Positions 35,889-45,509 are shown, counted from the first letter of the stretch. The stretch is DNA of 64,000 bases from Bdellovibrionales bacterium (GCA_018266295.1 JAFEAQ010000011.1:593626-657625); one strand, 5' to 3'. The notes: generated by a model not told the origin, from the letters alone. Translations and numbers: made by a program.

Positions 35889-36452
35889 TTAGCGGACCGC
35901 CGTATATACTAGTCCATCGACCCATTTGCCATGTTCTGTAGGTAGAAAATGTTTTCTCACACATTCTTTTTTCATTCCGGCAGCCTTCGCAATTGCAATA
36001 GAAGCCTTATGGTCTTTTTCCATTACGGCTTCTATTCTTTGCAGACCAAATGATTCAAAAGCCACTTTAAGGAGTAATTTAGCAGACTCTTTGGCATAGC
36101 CGCGGCCGCGCTGGTGATTATGAATGTGATATCCTAAGTTCGCCCATTGCATGGGATTGCGTTGAAGAATGTAAATAGAAATATTGCCAAGGTGATCTCC
36201 CGATTTCTTTTCGAAAATCCCGAAGATATAACATTCATCTTTTTCTGCTGCCTTTTGATGAGCACGTAACCTTTTTTGAAATGCAGCCTTTGTTAAATAC
36301 TTTTTGGGGATTGGACCATAATCAAACTTATCCACGGGTTTACTACGTGAAGCCATTGCTTCAGACCACTTTAAGAAGTCTTTTAGTTTAAATGCACGAA
36401 TGATAAGCCTGCGGCTTGAATATATTTGGTTATATGGCTTCTTCATTTTCAT
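35889..36452 (-). CDS. GNAT family N-acetyltransferase (RimJ/RimL-like)
   Basis: NHQRGRGYAKESAKLLLKVAF is an acetyl-CoA binding motif Q/RxxGxG/A. Preferred ATG is 36452. The gene is AT-rich. Confidence 0.8.
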   Translation of the reverse strand: MKMKKPYNQIYSSRRLIIRAFKLKDFLKWSEAMASRSKPVDKFDYGPIPKKYLTKAAFQKRLRAHQKAAEKDECYIFGIFEKKSGDHLGNISIYILQRNPMQWANLGYHIHNHQRGRGYAKESAKLLLKVAFESFGLQRIEAVMEKDHKASIAIAKAAGMKKECVRKHFLPTEHGKWVDGLVYTAVR

Positions 36453-36498
36453 ATTATTGCAGACTGTGAACCATGATTGTATGCAATTCAATACAGGT

Positions 36499-37410
36499 TT
36501 AATGCACTTCGAAACTGCTTTTAAAAGCATTGTCAACCCGACAGAGCAGCTGCATGTTTTCTATCGTTGCCTTGCCGCCTTTGCTAAACGCAACGATGTG
36601 ATCAAACTGCAATTGGAACCTCGACTCACATCTTTCACCGTTAGTGTGAATATGTTCGCACTGGTTTTGGGCTCGCTTTAGGACATATCTCTTCACATCT
36701 CTCGGAATGTATCGAGTCCCGTCGGTTAAACTCTGCGTCGTCATTTCACCGCTTTCGGGGCTTTTCTGATTCACTCCCCTTTTCTTTTCTGCTTTTTCAA
36801 TAAGTGCATCAAAGGCGAGACTTAGTAGCTCTTCGTGACTTGGGTTGATGTGTTCATGGGAAATCAGGGATTTTAAATAATCCATTTTTTCTATGAGCTT
36901 ATTTGTGACCGTGGATCTTATTTGGTAATGAGTTTCAGTCAGCAGACGAATCTCGTCATGAGGTAAGGCAGTTTCCGGGTTGCATCTCGCAAAGAACTCT
37001 TTAGCTTCTGTGGTTGTTTTGTCTTTTAAACTTTCAAAGATCTCAGCTTTGTTTTCTTGGCTTAACTCTTCACCTGTAAGCTTTTGATGTTTTTCTATAA
37101 AACTATGCGCGAGAGCGATGTTTGAAATATTAAGTTCTCCTGACTTTAAGCCTTCTAATACTTCAGGGACTTCTTCTAAAATCTTTAACACCTTGATTCG
37201 GCTATACGCGGTTGTGTCACTCATTTTAAAATGCAAAATTAAACACTTATATAAACTCTCGTAGCCCAATAATAAATATAACTTTCGGTCTTGGATTTCT
37301 TGTAAATGCCAGATTAAAACTTGAACGATTTTTCTTTCTTCTTCCACAACGCGCTCAGTACTTAAAAGAAGATCTTCATTACTCAAAGATTTAATTAATT
37401 CTTGGTTCAT
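36499..37410 (-). CDS. HNH endonuclease with long helical N-terminal domain
   Basis: C-terminal CEHIHTNGERC ... FDHIVAFSKGG ... ENMQLLCRVDN is an HNH motif. ATG 37410 has a GGAGGTG SD. Sample lines are about 32-33% GC. Confidence 0.8.
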   Translation of the reverse strand: MNQELIKSLSNEDLLLSTERVVEEERKIVQVLIWHLQEIQDRKLYLLLGYESLYKCLILHFKMSDTTAYSRIKVLKILEEVPEVLEGLKSGELNISNIALAHSFIEKHQKLTGEELSQENKAEIFESLKDKTTTEAKEFFARCNPETALPHDEIRLLTETHYQIRSTVTNKLIEKMDYLKSLISHEHINPSHEELLSLAFDALIEKAEKKRGVNQKSPESGEMTTQSLTDGTRYIPRDVKRYVLKRAQNQCEHIHTNGERCESRFQLQFDHIVAFSKGGKATIENMQLLCRVDNAFKSSFEVH

Positions 37411-37863
37411 AGCATTCACCTCCGAGAATACTTTTTCTGAAAGAGGTATAACACGTGTTTTTAAAACCAATTTTTACGCCCTATTTTACCATTACAGAGA
37501 AAGAAAAATTCGACCTATCTCCGGAGACTCGCACAAATAAATCCATTGCGAGCACACCCGCTAATAGCTCAGAACTGCCTTTGAGCAGAGCCTCTCAACA
37601 CCTGAATCCCGCGGCGAAATCCCGCCAAAACAACTGTCAAATATATTCATTAAAATAAGTTTATACCAACGCGGAGTTTAACCGACGGTGCCGCAAACGC
37701 AATTCTCTCAAAAGGTTTATCGAAATTTTTTGTAGTCACAAAACTGGCGAGAAACGATCCTAAGTTTACAGAGATCTGCCGGCTCGGGCGGCCCCCCAGG
37801 GAGGCGAAGCCCACTCCCGATTAACAGGATGTAGAAAGAAGTGCGAACCGAGAACAAAAAAAC

Positions 37864-38346
37864 TTACTTATACTCAATCTCTTCGATTGTGACGTACTCT
37901 TCGCCGGTCGGCTTTTGAATCGCCACCTCGTCACCGACTTTTTTGCCGAGCAAGGCGCGAGCGATTGGCGATTTCCACGAAACTTTACCGGCCTTGGCGT
38001 CGAATTCGTCTTCGCCGACGATTTGGTAAGTCACTTCTTTTTCGTCTTCATTCATGATCGTGACCGTCGCGCCAAACACGACCGTCGCGGATTTCACGGT
38101 TTTTGGATCCACCACTTCCGCCTTGTCAATGCGGCCAATCAGAAAACGCACGCGCTTGTCGATTTCGCGCAGACGCTTTTTTCCGTATTGGTAGTCGGCG
38201 TTCTCCGAGCGATCTCCATTGCCCGCGGCCCACGTCACGACTTCGACGACCTTCGGTCGCTCCACATGCATGAGTTCGTGGTACTCCGCTTTGAGTGCAG
38301 CGATGCCAGTGGGAGTGATGTAATTTTTCGACTGATCCATTGCCAT
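37864..38346 (-). CDS. greB: Transcription elongation factor GreB
   Basis: VTWAAGNGDRSENADYQYGKKRLREIDKRVRFL closely matches the GreB signature. Preferred ATG is 38346 (or 38340). The track ORF extends to 38499 without support. Confidence 0.85.
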   Translation of the reverse strand: MAMDQSKNYITPTGIAALKAEYHELMHVERPKVVEVVTWAAGNGDRSENADYQYGKKRLREIDKRVRFLIGRIDKAEVVDPKTVKSATVVFGATVTIMNEDEKEVTYQIVGEDEFDAKAGKVSWKSPIARALLGKKVGDEVAIQKPTGEEYVTIEEIEYK

Positions 38347-38665
38347 AATGGGAGATCTTAGCCGCTCTTCGCCACATTGGCCAACTCTGTTTGAACATCC
38401 CGCGCATTCGTCACGATCACCCACAAACCTCTCAGTCGCTCGACCAAAGCAGGGCTTCTGCACTCCTACTCGGATCCTGCGCCCGGACCCAGTCCGCAAA
38501 GTCCGCCGAAGAACCTCCTGAGAGCCAATTTATTGCTTTCCACAAATCGTTTTCTCCAGTGAAAAGTCCAGCCCTCGAACGCGAGCACTTTCGCCATAGA
38601 CCTTTGGCTAACTATGCTAAACTATTGAGATATTTTAGCCGAAACGAAATCTGAGGAGGTCTCTG

Positions 38666-40510
38666 ATGAGATCGCAATGGAAAAGATTATTGTGGGCTGC
38701 TGTGCTTTCAGGCTGCTGCTTGATGGCAACCTTTGCCTGGTATTATCTCACAAAAACAAATTCGCACACGAATGAGAATGAAAAACCTCTCGCCTTCGTA
38801 GGAAAAACGCACGAAGAAATTCAGCGTCGTCCGGCCACTCGTCTCCTCTGGCAAGAAGTTGCGACGGGTGAGCCGCTCTACAACGGCGAAGCGATTCGTA
38901 CCTCCGACAAAGGCGAAGTTCGCATTCAGTTTGCGGATTCCTCACGCTATCTGGATTTGGAGCCGGATTCTTTGATCGTCATTCAGCAAAACAAGGGTGA
39001 AATTGCCTTAGACTTGATGGAAGGTAGTCTCTTCGTTGCCGCCGCAAAAGAAGGAACCGACGGCGCTGGCACATCTCTCGTTTTGAATTCAGCATCCGGT
39101 AAAGTTGATTTGAGTAAAGCCTCTGCAAGCTTGTCAAAATCCGGCGGTAGCCAAGTCGATGTCCAAGTCCTCGAAGGTTCGGCTTCGATCAAAGACAAAA
39201 ACGGCACCAACAAAGTTCTTTCAACCGGTGCTGCGGGCGCGTTGGGTGCCAACGGTCTTCAGTTCAACAAAGCGGATTTACAAATCATCTCTCCCACTCC
39301 GGGCAAAGTGGCGTACGTCGATGCGGATGAAAAAGACAATCTCACATTCAAGTGGAAGGGCTTCCCTGCGGGCTTAAAAGTTTCTTTGCACACGGGTAAC
39401 AGCCGTAAAGACATGAAAGAGTGGACCGCCGTGACGGCTCAAGGCGATGAGAGTTTCAAGACGTCTCTGCCGATTGGAAAACCCTACTGGAAGCTCGTTG
39501 CCAAAGATCCTCGCAGCGGCAAAGTCGTTGCTGAAAGTTCCGTCTATCGCACCGACATCCAAGCTCGCTATGCTCCGACAATGGTCTTCCCAATGGCGGA
39601 TGCGAAGATTCCAGTGAATAAAGCTCCTTTTGATATGTCCTTTAAATGGGAAAAAGGTGATGAGACTTCACACATCGTTTTGGAAGTTGCAAAAGACCCG
39701 GGCCTCCGTCAAAAGGTCCTGACAAAAAACTTTACATCTGAAGACGGCTATACTTTGCCATCATTAAATGAAGGCGAATACTACTGGCGCATGTCTTCTT
39801 ATTATGAGGGTTCTGACAAGCCCGTTCTTGGTAAGATTCAGAAATTCACGGTCTCAAAGGTCGAAGAAAAACCGGTTGCAAAAGATCCTGTCGATATCAA
39901 GTGGCTGACTCCGGAAGATCGCATTCAATTTTACTTAGATAATCCTAAGTTGGATCTTTCTTGGGCGGTGAACCACAATGAAGACGTCGCTTCTTGGCGC
40001 GTGAAATACTTCGAGGAAGGCGATGATCCGTCAAAATTGCAGACCATTGAAGTCAAAGAAAACAAGGCCGAACCACAGATCACAAAACCGGGCCGTTATA
40101 TCGCATCTTTGGAAGCGATTGATAAAGAAGGCCGCGTGATTGGTTCGGCTCCGCATAGAAAAATCGCAGTGGCACCACTTCCACTCCTCCCGCCACCGAA
40201 GTTGCTGCCTCTTGAAGGGAATCTGACGGCGCAAGCTGATGGCCGTACGGAATTAAAATGGGAAAAACTGGACGGCGCGAAAGAGTACATGCTCACCATC
40301 TCGAACAAAGACGGTAAAGAGCTGAAGACTTTGAAATATACAACAAATCAAACGGCATTGAAAAACCTCATGCCGGGTGAGTATCAGTTGAGAATCTCGG
40401 CGGTAGACCAGCATGGTCGCACCAGCGAAATCAGTGCGCCTCGTAAATTGATTGTTCCTGATAAGAGTAACTTGAAGGCACCGACTTTAAAGAAAATTAA
40501 GGTTAATTGA
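38666..40510 (+). CDS. Membrane-anchored FecR-domain protein with multiple Ig/FN3-like repeats
   Basis: GGAGG SD and an N-terminal TM helix. FecR-like block LYNGEAIRTSDKGEVRIQFADSSRYLDLEPDSLIVI. At least 4 repeats of the pattern F/L-x-W...Y...G-x-Y-x-hydrophobic. Confidence 0.7.
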   Translation: MRSQWKRLLWAAVLSGCCLMATFAWYYLTKTNSHTNENEKPLAFVGKTHEEIQRRPATRLLWQEVATGEPLYNGEAIRTSDKGEVRIQFADSSRYLDLEPDSLIVIQQNKGEIALDLMEGSLFVAAAKEGTDGAGTSLVLNSASGKVDLSKASASLSKSGGSQVDVQVLEGSASIKDKNGTNKVLSTGAAGALGANGLQFNKADLQIISPTPGKVAYVDADEKDNLTFKWKGFPAGLKVSLHTGNSRKDMKEWTAVTAQGDESFKTSLPIGKPYWKLVAKDPRSGKVVAESSVYRTDIQARYAPTMVFPMADAKIPVNKAPFDMSFKWEKGDETSHIVLEVAKDPGLRQKVLTKNFTSEDGYTLPSLNEGEYYWRMSSYYEGSDKPVLGKIQKFTVSKVEEKPVAKDPVDIKWLTPEDRIQFYLDNPKLDLSWAVNHNEDVASWRVKYFEEGDDPSKLQTIEVKENKAEPQITKPGRYIASLEAIDKEGRVIGSAPHRKIAVAPLPLLPPPKLLPLEGNLTAQADGRTELKWEKLDGAKEYMLTISNKDGKELKTLKYTTNQTALKNLMPGEYQLRISAVDQHGRTSEISAPRKLIVPDKSNLKAPTLKKIKVN

Positions 40511-42135
40511 TGCGTCTAGTGTTCGGAATCTTTATCACTCTCACTTTGTTGACGGCCGCGAAGAGCGCGCTGGCGGAGACCTATCGCCGCGACGTCAGCT
40601 TTGAGTTTGAAGAAGTAACCGACGCTAAAACTTATGACGTCGAGATCCGCTCTGTCGCTAAAGACGGCACTCTCGGCAAGCCCATGATTTTTAAAACCAA
40701 AGAAGCCATCTGGTCCGGCAAACTCGTACCGGGTAAATATACGATGTCATTGCGTGCTCGTGACATGCGTGGTGTTCCAGGTGACTGGAGTCCGCCGGCG
40801 GAATTTAACGTGAATTTAGACCCCGTAAAAATCAAATCCCCTCTGGCAAAAGCACAGATCAAAGGGAATGACGCTGAAGAGATCTCGCAGAAATTCGAAT
40901 GGGAACCGGTCAACGGCGCCGGCGAATACCGTTTCGAGCTGACTTCCGAAGACGGCAAAACACAAATTATTGAGACCGTGAAAGACACTCACTTTACTGC
41001 GAAAGTTCCGGTGGCGAAAAATTATACTTGGAAGATCACGGGTTTCGGTCAAAACGATATGCAAAGTGATTCTGTCACGGTCAGCGAATTTGCCGTGATC
41101 GGTAAAAAGATTTCCGCTCCGAAAATCACGGCTCCGGAAACAGAGTTCGTCCGTGAAATCAAATGGTCACGCCCTGACAATGTTGACAAGTACGATCTGA
41201 CTTTAAGTCGTATCAATCCAGCAACAAAGCGCTGGGAAAAAGTGTTGGTCCAAGAGGAGGTAAAGGATGAAACCTTTAACTTCGACGAAAAGCACCCTGG
41301 CGGCACTTACCGCCTTGAGGTCAAAGCTAAAGGGAACATGCGTACGGACTCAGAAACGGCAAAGATCAACTTTAAGGTGATCAACGGCAACCGCTCACCG
41401 GCTGCCGAGTATACGGCCCTTGTCAGAAAATCCATCGACCGCCTCACCGGCTGGTACGGGATTGCGAGTTACCTCATTACAAAAATTAACTATCATGGTG
41501 AAACTCTCGAAAATAATGCGAAGACGACAAACAGCGTGCTCGGCGGTACTGGCCGTGTGGGCGCTGGTTACTTCAGCCCGAATGATATCTGGGGCTTTGT
41601 CGGTATCGTTGATATGAGCGGCTTCATTATGTACGGTTCAAACCACACCTACTCGTCTATCGAGATGAACGGCATTCGCCGTTTTGTCGTCGGCGATCTC
41701 GGTGAAGCACGCGTTCTTGCGGGTCTTTACTATAAAGAAATTCCGCAGCTCATCGGCACTCCGGCGGTCGGTACGAACGGCACTGTTGAATTCTCGCAAA
41801 CAGCTGTCGCAGGCCCCCATGTCGGTGGCGAGTACTGGCATTCCCTTTCGCCGAAGCTTGGATTCCAGGTGAATGCACACATTTATTACAACTTATTTAC
41901 GATGAAGACGCCGAACGGCAACTCCGCAGATCCGCGCATGTCTTATCAGCTGGGTTTGATGGGCAGTTACCGCTTCAACAATCGCTTCACGGGTCTCATG
42001 GGTTTGACTCAGAAAATGGATCAAGTGGCTTACAAAGCGAATAAAACCGGGGCAACTACAGAAGCACCGGGTGATTTCAATACGACACAAATTACTGGAC
42101 AGTACTTGAGTTTCTTTGCGGAATACGGATTTTAG
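40510..42135 (+). CDS. Secreted protein: three Ig/FN3-like repeats plus C-terminal outer-membrane beta-barrel-like domain
   Basis: The start overlaps the upstream stop (TGATG). Signal peptide present. The repeats are homologous in pattern to those of the FecR protein. The C-terminus ends ...FFAEYGF (terminal Phe). Confidence 0.7.
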   Translation: MRLVFGIFITLTLLTAAKSALAETYRRDVSFEFEEVTDAKTYDVEIRSVAKDGTLGKPMIFKTKEAIWSGKLVPGKYTMSLRARDMRGVPGDWSPPAEFNVNLDPVKIKSPLAKAQIKGNDAEEISQKFEWEPVNGAGEYRFELTSEDGKTQIIETVKDTHFTAKVPVAKNYTWKITGFGQNDMQSDSVTVSEFAVIGKKISAPKITAPETEFVREIKWSRPDNVDKYDLTLSRINPATKRWEKVLVQEEVKDETFNFDEKHPGGTYRLEVKAKGNMRTDSETAKINFKVINGNRSPAAEYTALVRKSIDRLTGWYGIASYLITKINYHGETLENNAKTTNSVLGGTGRVGAGYFSPNDIWGFVGIVDMSGFIMYGSNHTYSSIEMNGIRRFVVGDLGEARVLAGLYYKEIPQLIGTPAVGTNGTVEFSQTAVAGPHVGGEYWHSLSPKLGFQVNAHIYYNLFTMKTPNGNSADPRMSYQLGLMGSYRFNNRFTGLMGLTQKMDQVAYKANKTGATTEAPGDFNTTQITGQYLSFFAEYGF

Positions 42136-42141
42136 GAGAGG

Positions 42142-43977
42142 ATGCATATGAAGATACCTATTTCAACAAAACTAGTTGGGGTTACAGTAGCTCTGCTATT
42201 AGTGGCGACAGTTCCGATTGCTCTACAAACTTCAAAGATTTTTGCAAATAGCTCCATGCAACGTGAGGAATATGCCAATCAGGCGTTCGCCGCATCCCGC
42301 GCGACTGAAATTGAAAATATTCTTTCTTCGTTGGTCGATAAATCCAAAATATCCGCTTCGATCCTCTATAAAAGCGTCACGAATCCTGCCGCCACTTCGA
42401 CAGATGAATTCGAACTGAACTTTACCAAAGATAAACGTTTTATTTCTGTTGAGATTTTAAAACTCCAAGGCCCCACAGTCGAGCTGATCTCTCGTCGTGC
42501 GAAGGACGACTTCTTGAAAACCTTTAACCTCGGTCCTGAATACATCACGCGTGTTCGTGATCAACAGAAATTCCCGATTCGTTCTGTGGCGCAAGGTTCT
42601 GTTGAAATCCGCAACGGATCATTCGGCAAAGGTCCAGCGATGGTCACGATTGGTCTGCCGTTGGTAAAAGACCAACAAGGCCGAATTACGCATGTGGCTT
42701 TGGTTGATGTGGATCTTTCTGTTTTGCAAAAACCATTTGGCGAGCGTTCTGAAAGAACGTTCTTCCTCGTAGACCGTAACGGCGAATTGATTGCTCACCA
42801 AGACGAGCAAAAAGCGATGGCTCGCTTGAGTATGGCAGCCTCCCCGATCGTGCAAAAAGCAATGAAAGAGCAAACTCCTCGTCGTCAGATGCGCTTCGTT
42901 GATCCGGATACCGGTGCTGAGTTCATCGGCGCTTACAATAAAACTTCTTTTGGTGTGACCGTTATTTCGCAAATTCCTCAGGAGCTCGTTCTCGAGCCTG
43001 CGCAAGATGCAAAACGCCAAGCCTTCCTGATTACAGGAATCGTGTTGTCCTTAGCCTTGTTCTTTATCTTCGTCTTCTCAATGACACTGACTTCTCCAAT
43101 CGAGAAGCTTGCGGGACTGATCGAGATCGTTTCTAAAGGGAATTTCGACGTGAAAGCAACCGCGCACGTAAAATCCCACGATGAAGTGGGCGATCTTGCC
43201 AAAGCCTTTGACCATATGACGGACGGCTTGAAAGAGCGCGATAAAGTGAAAAGCCTCTTTAGTAAGTTCCACGGCTCTTCTGTCGCGGAAGACTTGATCA
43301 ATAAAGATATCGGTGTTGGCGGTCAGTCGAAAGAAGTCGTGGTCTTCTTCTCGGATATTCGTGGTTTTACAGCGTTCTCAGAGAAACGTAAACCAGAAGA
43401 GGTCGTTGCGATGTTGAATGAATACTTTGCTGTCATGGTGGGTATCATCAATAAACACGGTGGCGTCGTGGATAAATTTATCGGCGATGCGATCATGGCG
43501 ATCTGGGGCGCTCCGAAAGGCTCGGACCGCGATCCCCACAATGCTTTGCGCGCTTGTATTGAAATGCGCCGTGGCCTTGAAAAATTGAATGAAGCACGTA
43601 TCGCCCGCGGCGAACCGGCTCTGATGATCGGTATGGGTCTGCATGCAGGCACAGCGATCTCTGGCACCATCGGTTCTGACGAGCGTATGGAGTACACCGT
43701 CATCGGTAATACGGTGAATACCGCTTCTCGTATCGAAGCCTCGACAAAAGCATTCGGTGCGGATTTGCTGGTGACTGATGATGTAATCTCGCGCGTGGGT
43801 GAAGAGTTTATCGTTGATTACGCCGGTTCTGCCGAAGTGAAAGGCCGTTCCGATGCACTGAAAATGTATAAAATCCGTGGCTACGTTGAAAATGGCGAAA
43901 AGCACATCGTGGCAACTCCGTATTCTGACTACGAAGCAGAAGGCGCGGATAAAGTAAAAATCAAAGACGCGGCCTAA
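42142..43977 (+). CDS. Cache-HAMP class III adenylate/guanylate cyclase
   Basis: N-terminal TM helix, periplasmic Cache-like region (FLVDRNGELIAHQDEQ), second TM helix, HAMP, then cyclase motifs VVFFSDIRGFT, FIGDAIMAIWGAP and YTVIGNTVNTASRIE. Confidence 0.9.
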   Translation: MHMKIPISTKLVGVTVALLLVATVPIALQTSKIFANSSMQREEYANQAFAASRATEIENILSSLVDKSKISASILYKSVTNPAATSTDEFELNFTKDKRFISVEILKLQGPTVELISRRAKDDFLKTFNLGPEYITRVRDQQKFPIRSVAQGSVEIRNGSFGKGPAMVTIGLPLVKDQQGRITHVALVDVDLSVLQKPFGERSERTFFLVDRNGELIAHQDEQKAMARLSMAASPIVQKAMKEQTPRRQMRFVDPDTGAEFIGAYNKTSFGVTVISQIPQELVLEPAQDAKRQAFLITGIVLSLALFFIFVFSMTLTSPIEKLAGLIEIVSKGNFDVKATAHVKSHDEVGDLAKAFDHMTDGLKERDKVKSLFSKFHGSSVAEDLINKDIGVGGQSKEVVVFFSDIRGFTAFSEKRKPEEVVAMLNEYFAVMVGIINKHGGVVDKFIGDAIMAIWGAPKGSDRDPHNALRACIEMRRGLEKLNEARIARGEPALMIGMGLHAGTAISGTIGSDERMEYTVIGNTVNTASRIEASTKAFGADLLVTDDVISRVGEEFIVDYAGSAEVKGRSDALKMYKIRGYVENGEKHIVATPYSDYEAEGADKVKIKDAA

Positions 43978-44001
43978 TCAGACCGCGCTATCGCTTGCCC
44001 T

Positions 44002-44033
44002 CAGAGATTCCGCGTGAGATGACGGAATCTCTG
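44002..44033 (+). other. 11-bp perfect hairpin abutting the GST SD
   Basis: cagagattccg/cggaatctctg with a 10-nt loop and no U-tract. SD GGAGG (44033-37) starts at the last stem base. Confidence 0.4.
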
Positions 44034-44041
44034 GAGGCTTC

Positions 44042-44659
44042 ATGAAGCTTATTATCGGTGATAAAAATCTATCGACTTGGTCTTGGCGCGTTTGGCTCGC
44101 TTTGCATTCTTACGGCATTCCGTTTGATGAGGTCGTGATTAAACTCAATCAAGACAACACCACTGAAGAGATTTTGAAATACTCCCCGACAGCTCGCGTG
44201 CCTTTCCTGATTGATGGTAAAAATGGTATCTGGGATTCTTTGGCTATCAACGAATACCTTAACGACAAGTATCCTGAAAAACAAATGTGGCCAAAAGATA
44301 TCAACGAGCGTGCTTGGGCTCGCGCGGTGGTTTGTGAAATGCATTCGGGTTTTGCTGATCTTCGCAAGAAAATGCCGGGCGATATCAAAAAGCGCCTGAC
44401 TCAGTTCGACTCCTCTTCAGTGGCTGGCGACGTTGCCCGCATTCAAGAGATCTGGACTGAATGTCGCAAGGCTCATCAATCAAAAGGACCGTATTTATTT
44501 GGTGAATGGAGTTTGGCGGATTGTTTCTATGCGCCGGTGGTCTTCCGTTTTCAAACCTATGCAGTGAAATTAGAAGGCCTGGCTTTGGAATACTCTAAGG
44601 CCATGCTCTCACACCCTTCGATGAAAGAGCTTGAGAAGCAGGCCTTAGCAGAAGTTTAA
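44042..44659 (+). CDS. Glutathione S-transferase family protein
   Basis: 205 aa. N-terminal thioredoxin-like GST fold (NLSTWSWRVWLAL..., VPFLID, WDSLAINEYL). Confidence 0.8.
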   Translation: MKLIIGDKNLSTWSWRVWLALHSYGIPFDEVVIKLNQDNTTEEILKYSPTARVPFLIDGKNGIWDSLAINEYLNDKYPEKQMWPKDINERAWARAVVCEMHSGFADLRKKMPGDIKKRLTQFDSSSVAGDVARIQEIWTECRKAHQSKGPYLFGEWSLADCFYAPVVFRFQTYAVKLEGLALEYSKAMLSHPSMKELEKQALAEV

Positions 44660-45334
44660 TTACTGTGGCTTCGGAGCTGGTGCAGGAGCCGGAGACTTTG
44701 GCTTTGCAATCACGTAAGCGTTACGACCCCATTGAGGGCTATCGTCTTCACCGTGGCAAGCGCCGCCGATTTCATAATAAGTCGTGTAGCCCACTTTCAA
44801 AGAAGCCGCTGATTCAATGGCAGGAACCAAAGATTTCGGCCAAGTGAAAATCACTTCATTCCCTTTGATATCGACTTTGATATTGTCTTCATAACGTAGA
44901 CCGCCGTCTTTTGAACAATCTGAGGCTGCACAATCTTGCATACGCACGCTTGGATAAGCTCTGTGTGATTCATTATTCGCATCGAGTGATAGGAAAATGC
45001 GATAGTCCGCATACATATTTGGCCAAGCAACCGATTCGGGATCATAAGGCTGATAGCCTACCGGATGGCCTTTTTTATCTGTCTGATTAACGTCGATCCA
45101 GAAGTAGTATTCTTTATAGCCGAAAGTATTGTCGATATTCTTCGACATCTTCATCGTCGCTACAAAGTTCTCGCCTTCTCGGGAAAAGCTGGTTTCAACC
45201 ATATCAGTCCCCACATCGGGGCAAGCTGTAATGGAGTTATCGATGTCGCCAACGGGATCCGTCTTAACGTTGTCCGCGGCAAACGCGTGGGCTGTTGTCA
45301 AAAATGCAATTACAAACAATTTCAAGTTTTTCAT
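44660..45334 (-). CDS. Hypothetical secreted protein
   Basis: 224 aa. Signal peptide MKNLKLFVIAFLTTAHAFA. Pro/Ala-rich tail. Its stop abuts the GST stop with no spacer. Confidence 0.65.
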   Translation of the reverse strand: MKNLKLFVIAFLTTAHAFAADNVKTDPVGDIDNSITACPDVGTDMVETSFSREGENFVATMKMSKNIDNTFGYKEYYFWIDVNQTDKKGHPVGYQPYDPESVAWPNMYADYRIFLSLDANNESHRAYPSVRMQDCAASDCSKDGGLRYEDNIKVDIKGNEVIFTWPKSLVPAIESAASLKVGYTTYYEIGGACHGEDDSPQWGRNAYVIAKPKSPAPAPAPKPQ

Positions 45335-45509
45335 AGTTACCTCGCAAGGGTTTGCCCAATATCTTGCGAAGTTCGGGCCTGGCTCTGCTCTTTTAAGTTA
45401 GAGCTCAGGTGTCTAACAACTTTCATTGACGCCAATTCAGGGGAGCACCCACCTTGAGTGCGTCCTGAATTGAAACATTATCGAAGACATTTTAAGAGGG
45501 AAAACGGGC

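Noticed and set aside
35889-37410. GNAT plus HNH as a toxin-antitoxin or two-gene defence pair
   Set aside because: The GNAT looks RimJ/RimL-like rather than a tRNA-acetylating toxin. There is no small RHH/DUF1778 antitoxin. The genes are separated by 46 nt with independent SDs. Only the horizontal-acquisition signal is reported.
37780-37850. GC-rich patch (gccggctcgggcggccccccagggaggcgaagcccactcccg) in an otherwise AT-rich gap downstream of greB
   Set aside because: Only 4-5 bp stems could be drawn. There is no tRNA-like arm, no U-tract and no known ncRNA core. Left unassigned.
38558-38576. gtgaaaagtccagccc resembling the RNase P RNA GGAAAGUCCGGGC core
   Set aside because: It is only a partial match. 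The second universally conserved block (ACAGAAxCCGGCUUA-like) and the required length (more than 330 nt) are absent.
38391-38654. 87-aa plus-strand ORF in the greB / FecR intergenic gap
   Set aside because: It has no SD, odd composition and no family resemblance. The region is treated as non-coding and flagged separately.
42142-43977. Class III cyclase as a Pycsar/CBASS-type defence cyclase
   Set aside because: It has a two-TM Cache sensor and a HAMP domain, typical of signal-transduction cyclases. No effector gene (TIR or TM effector) follows it.
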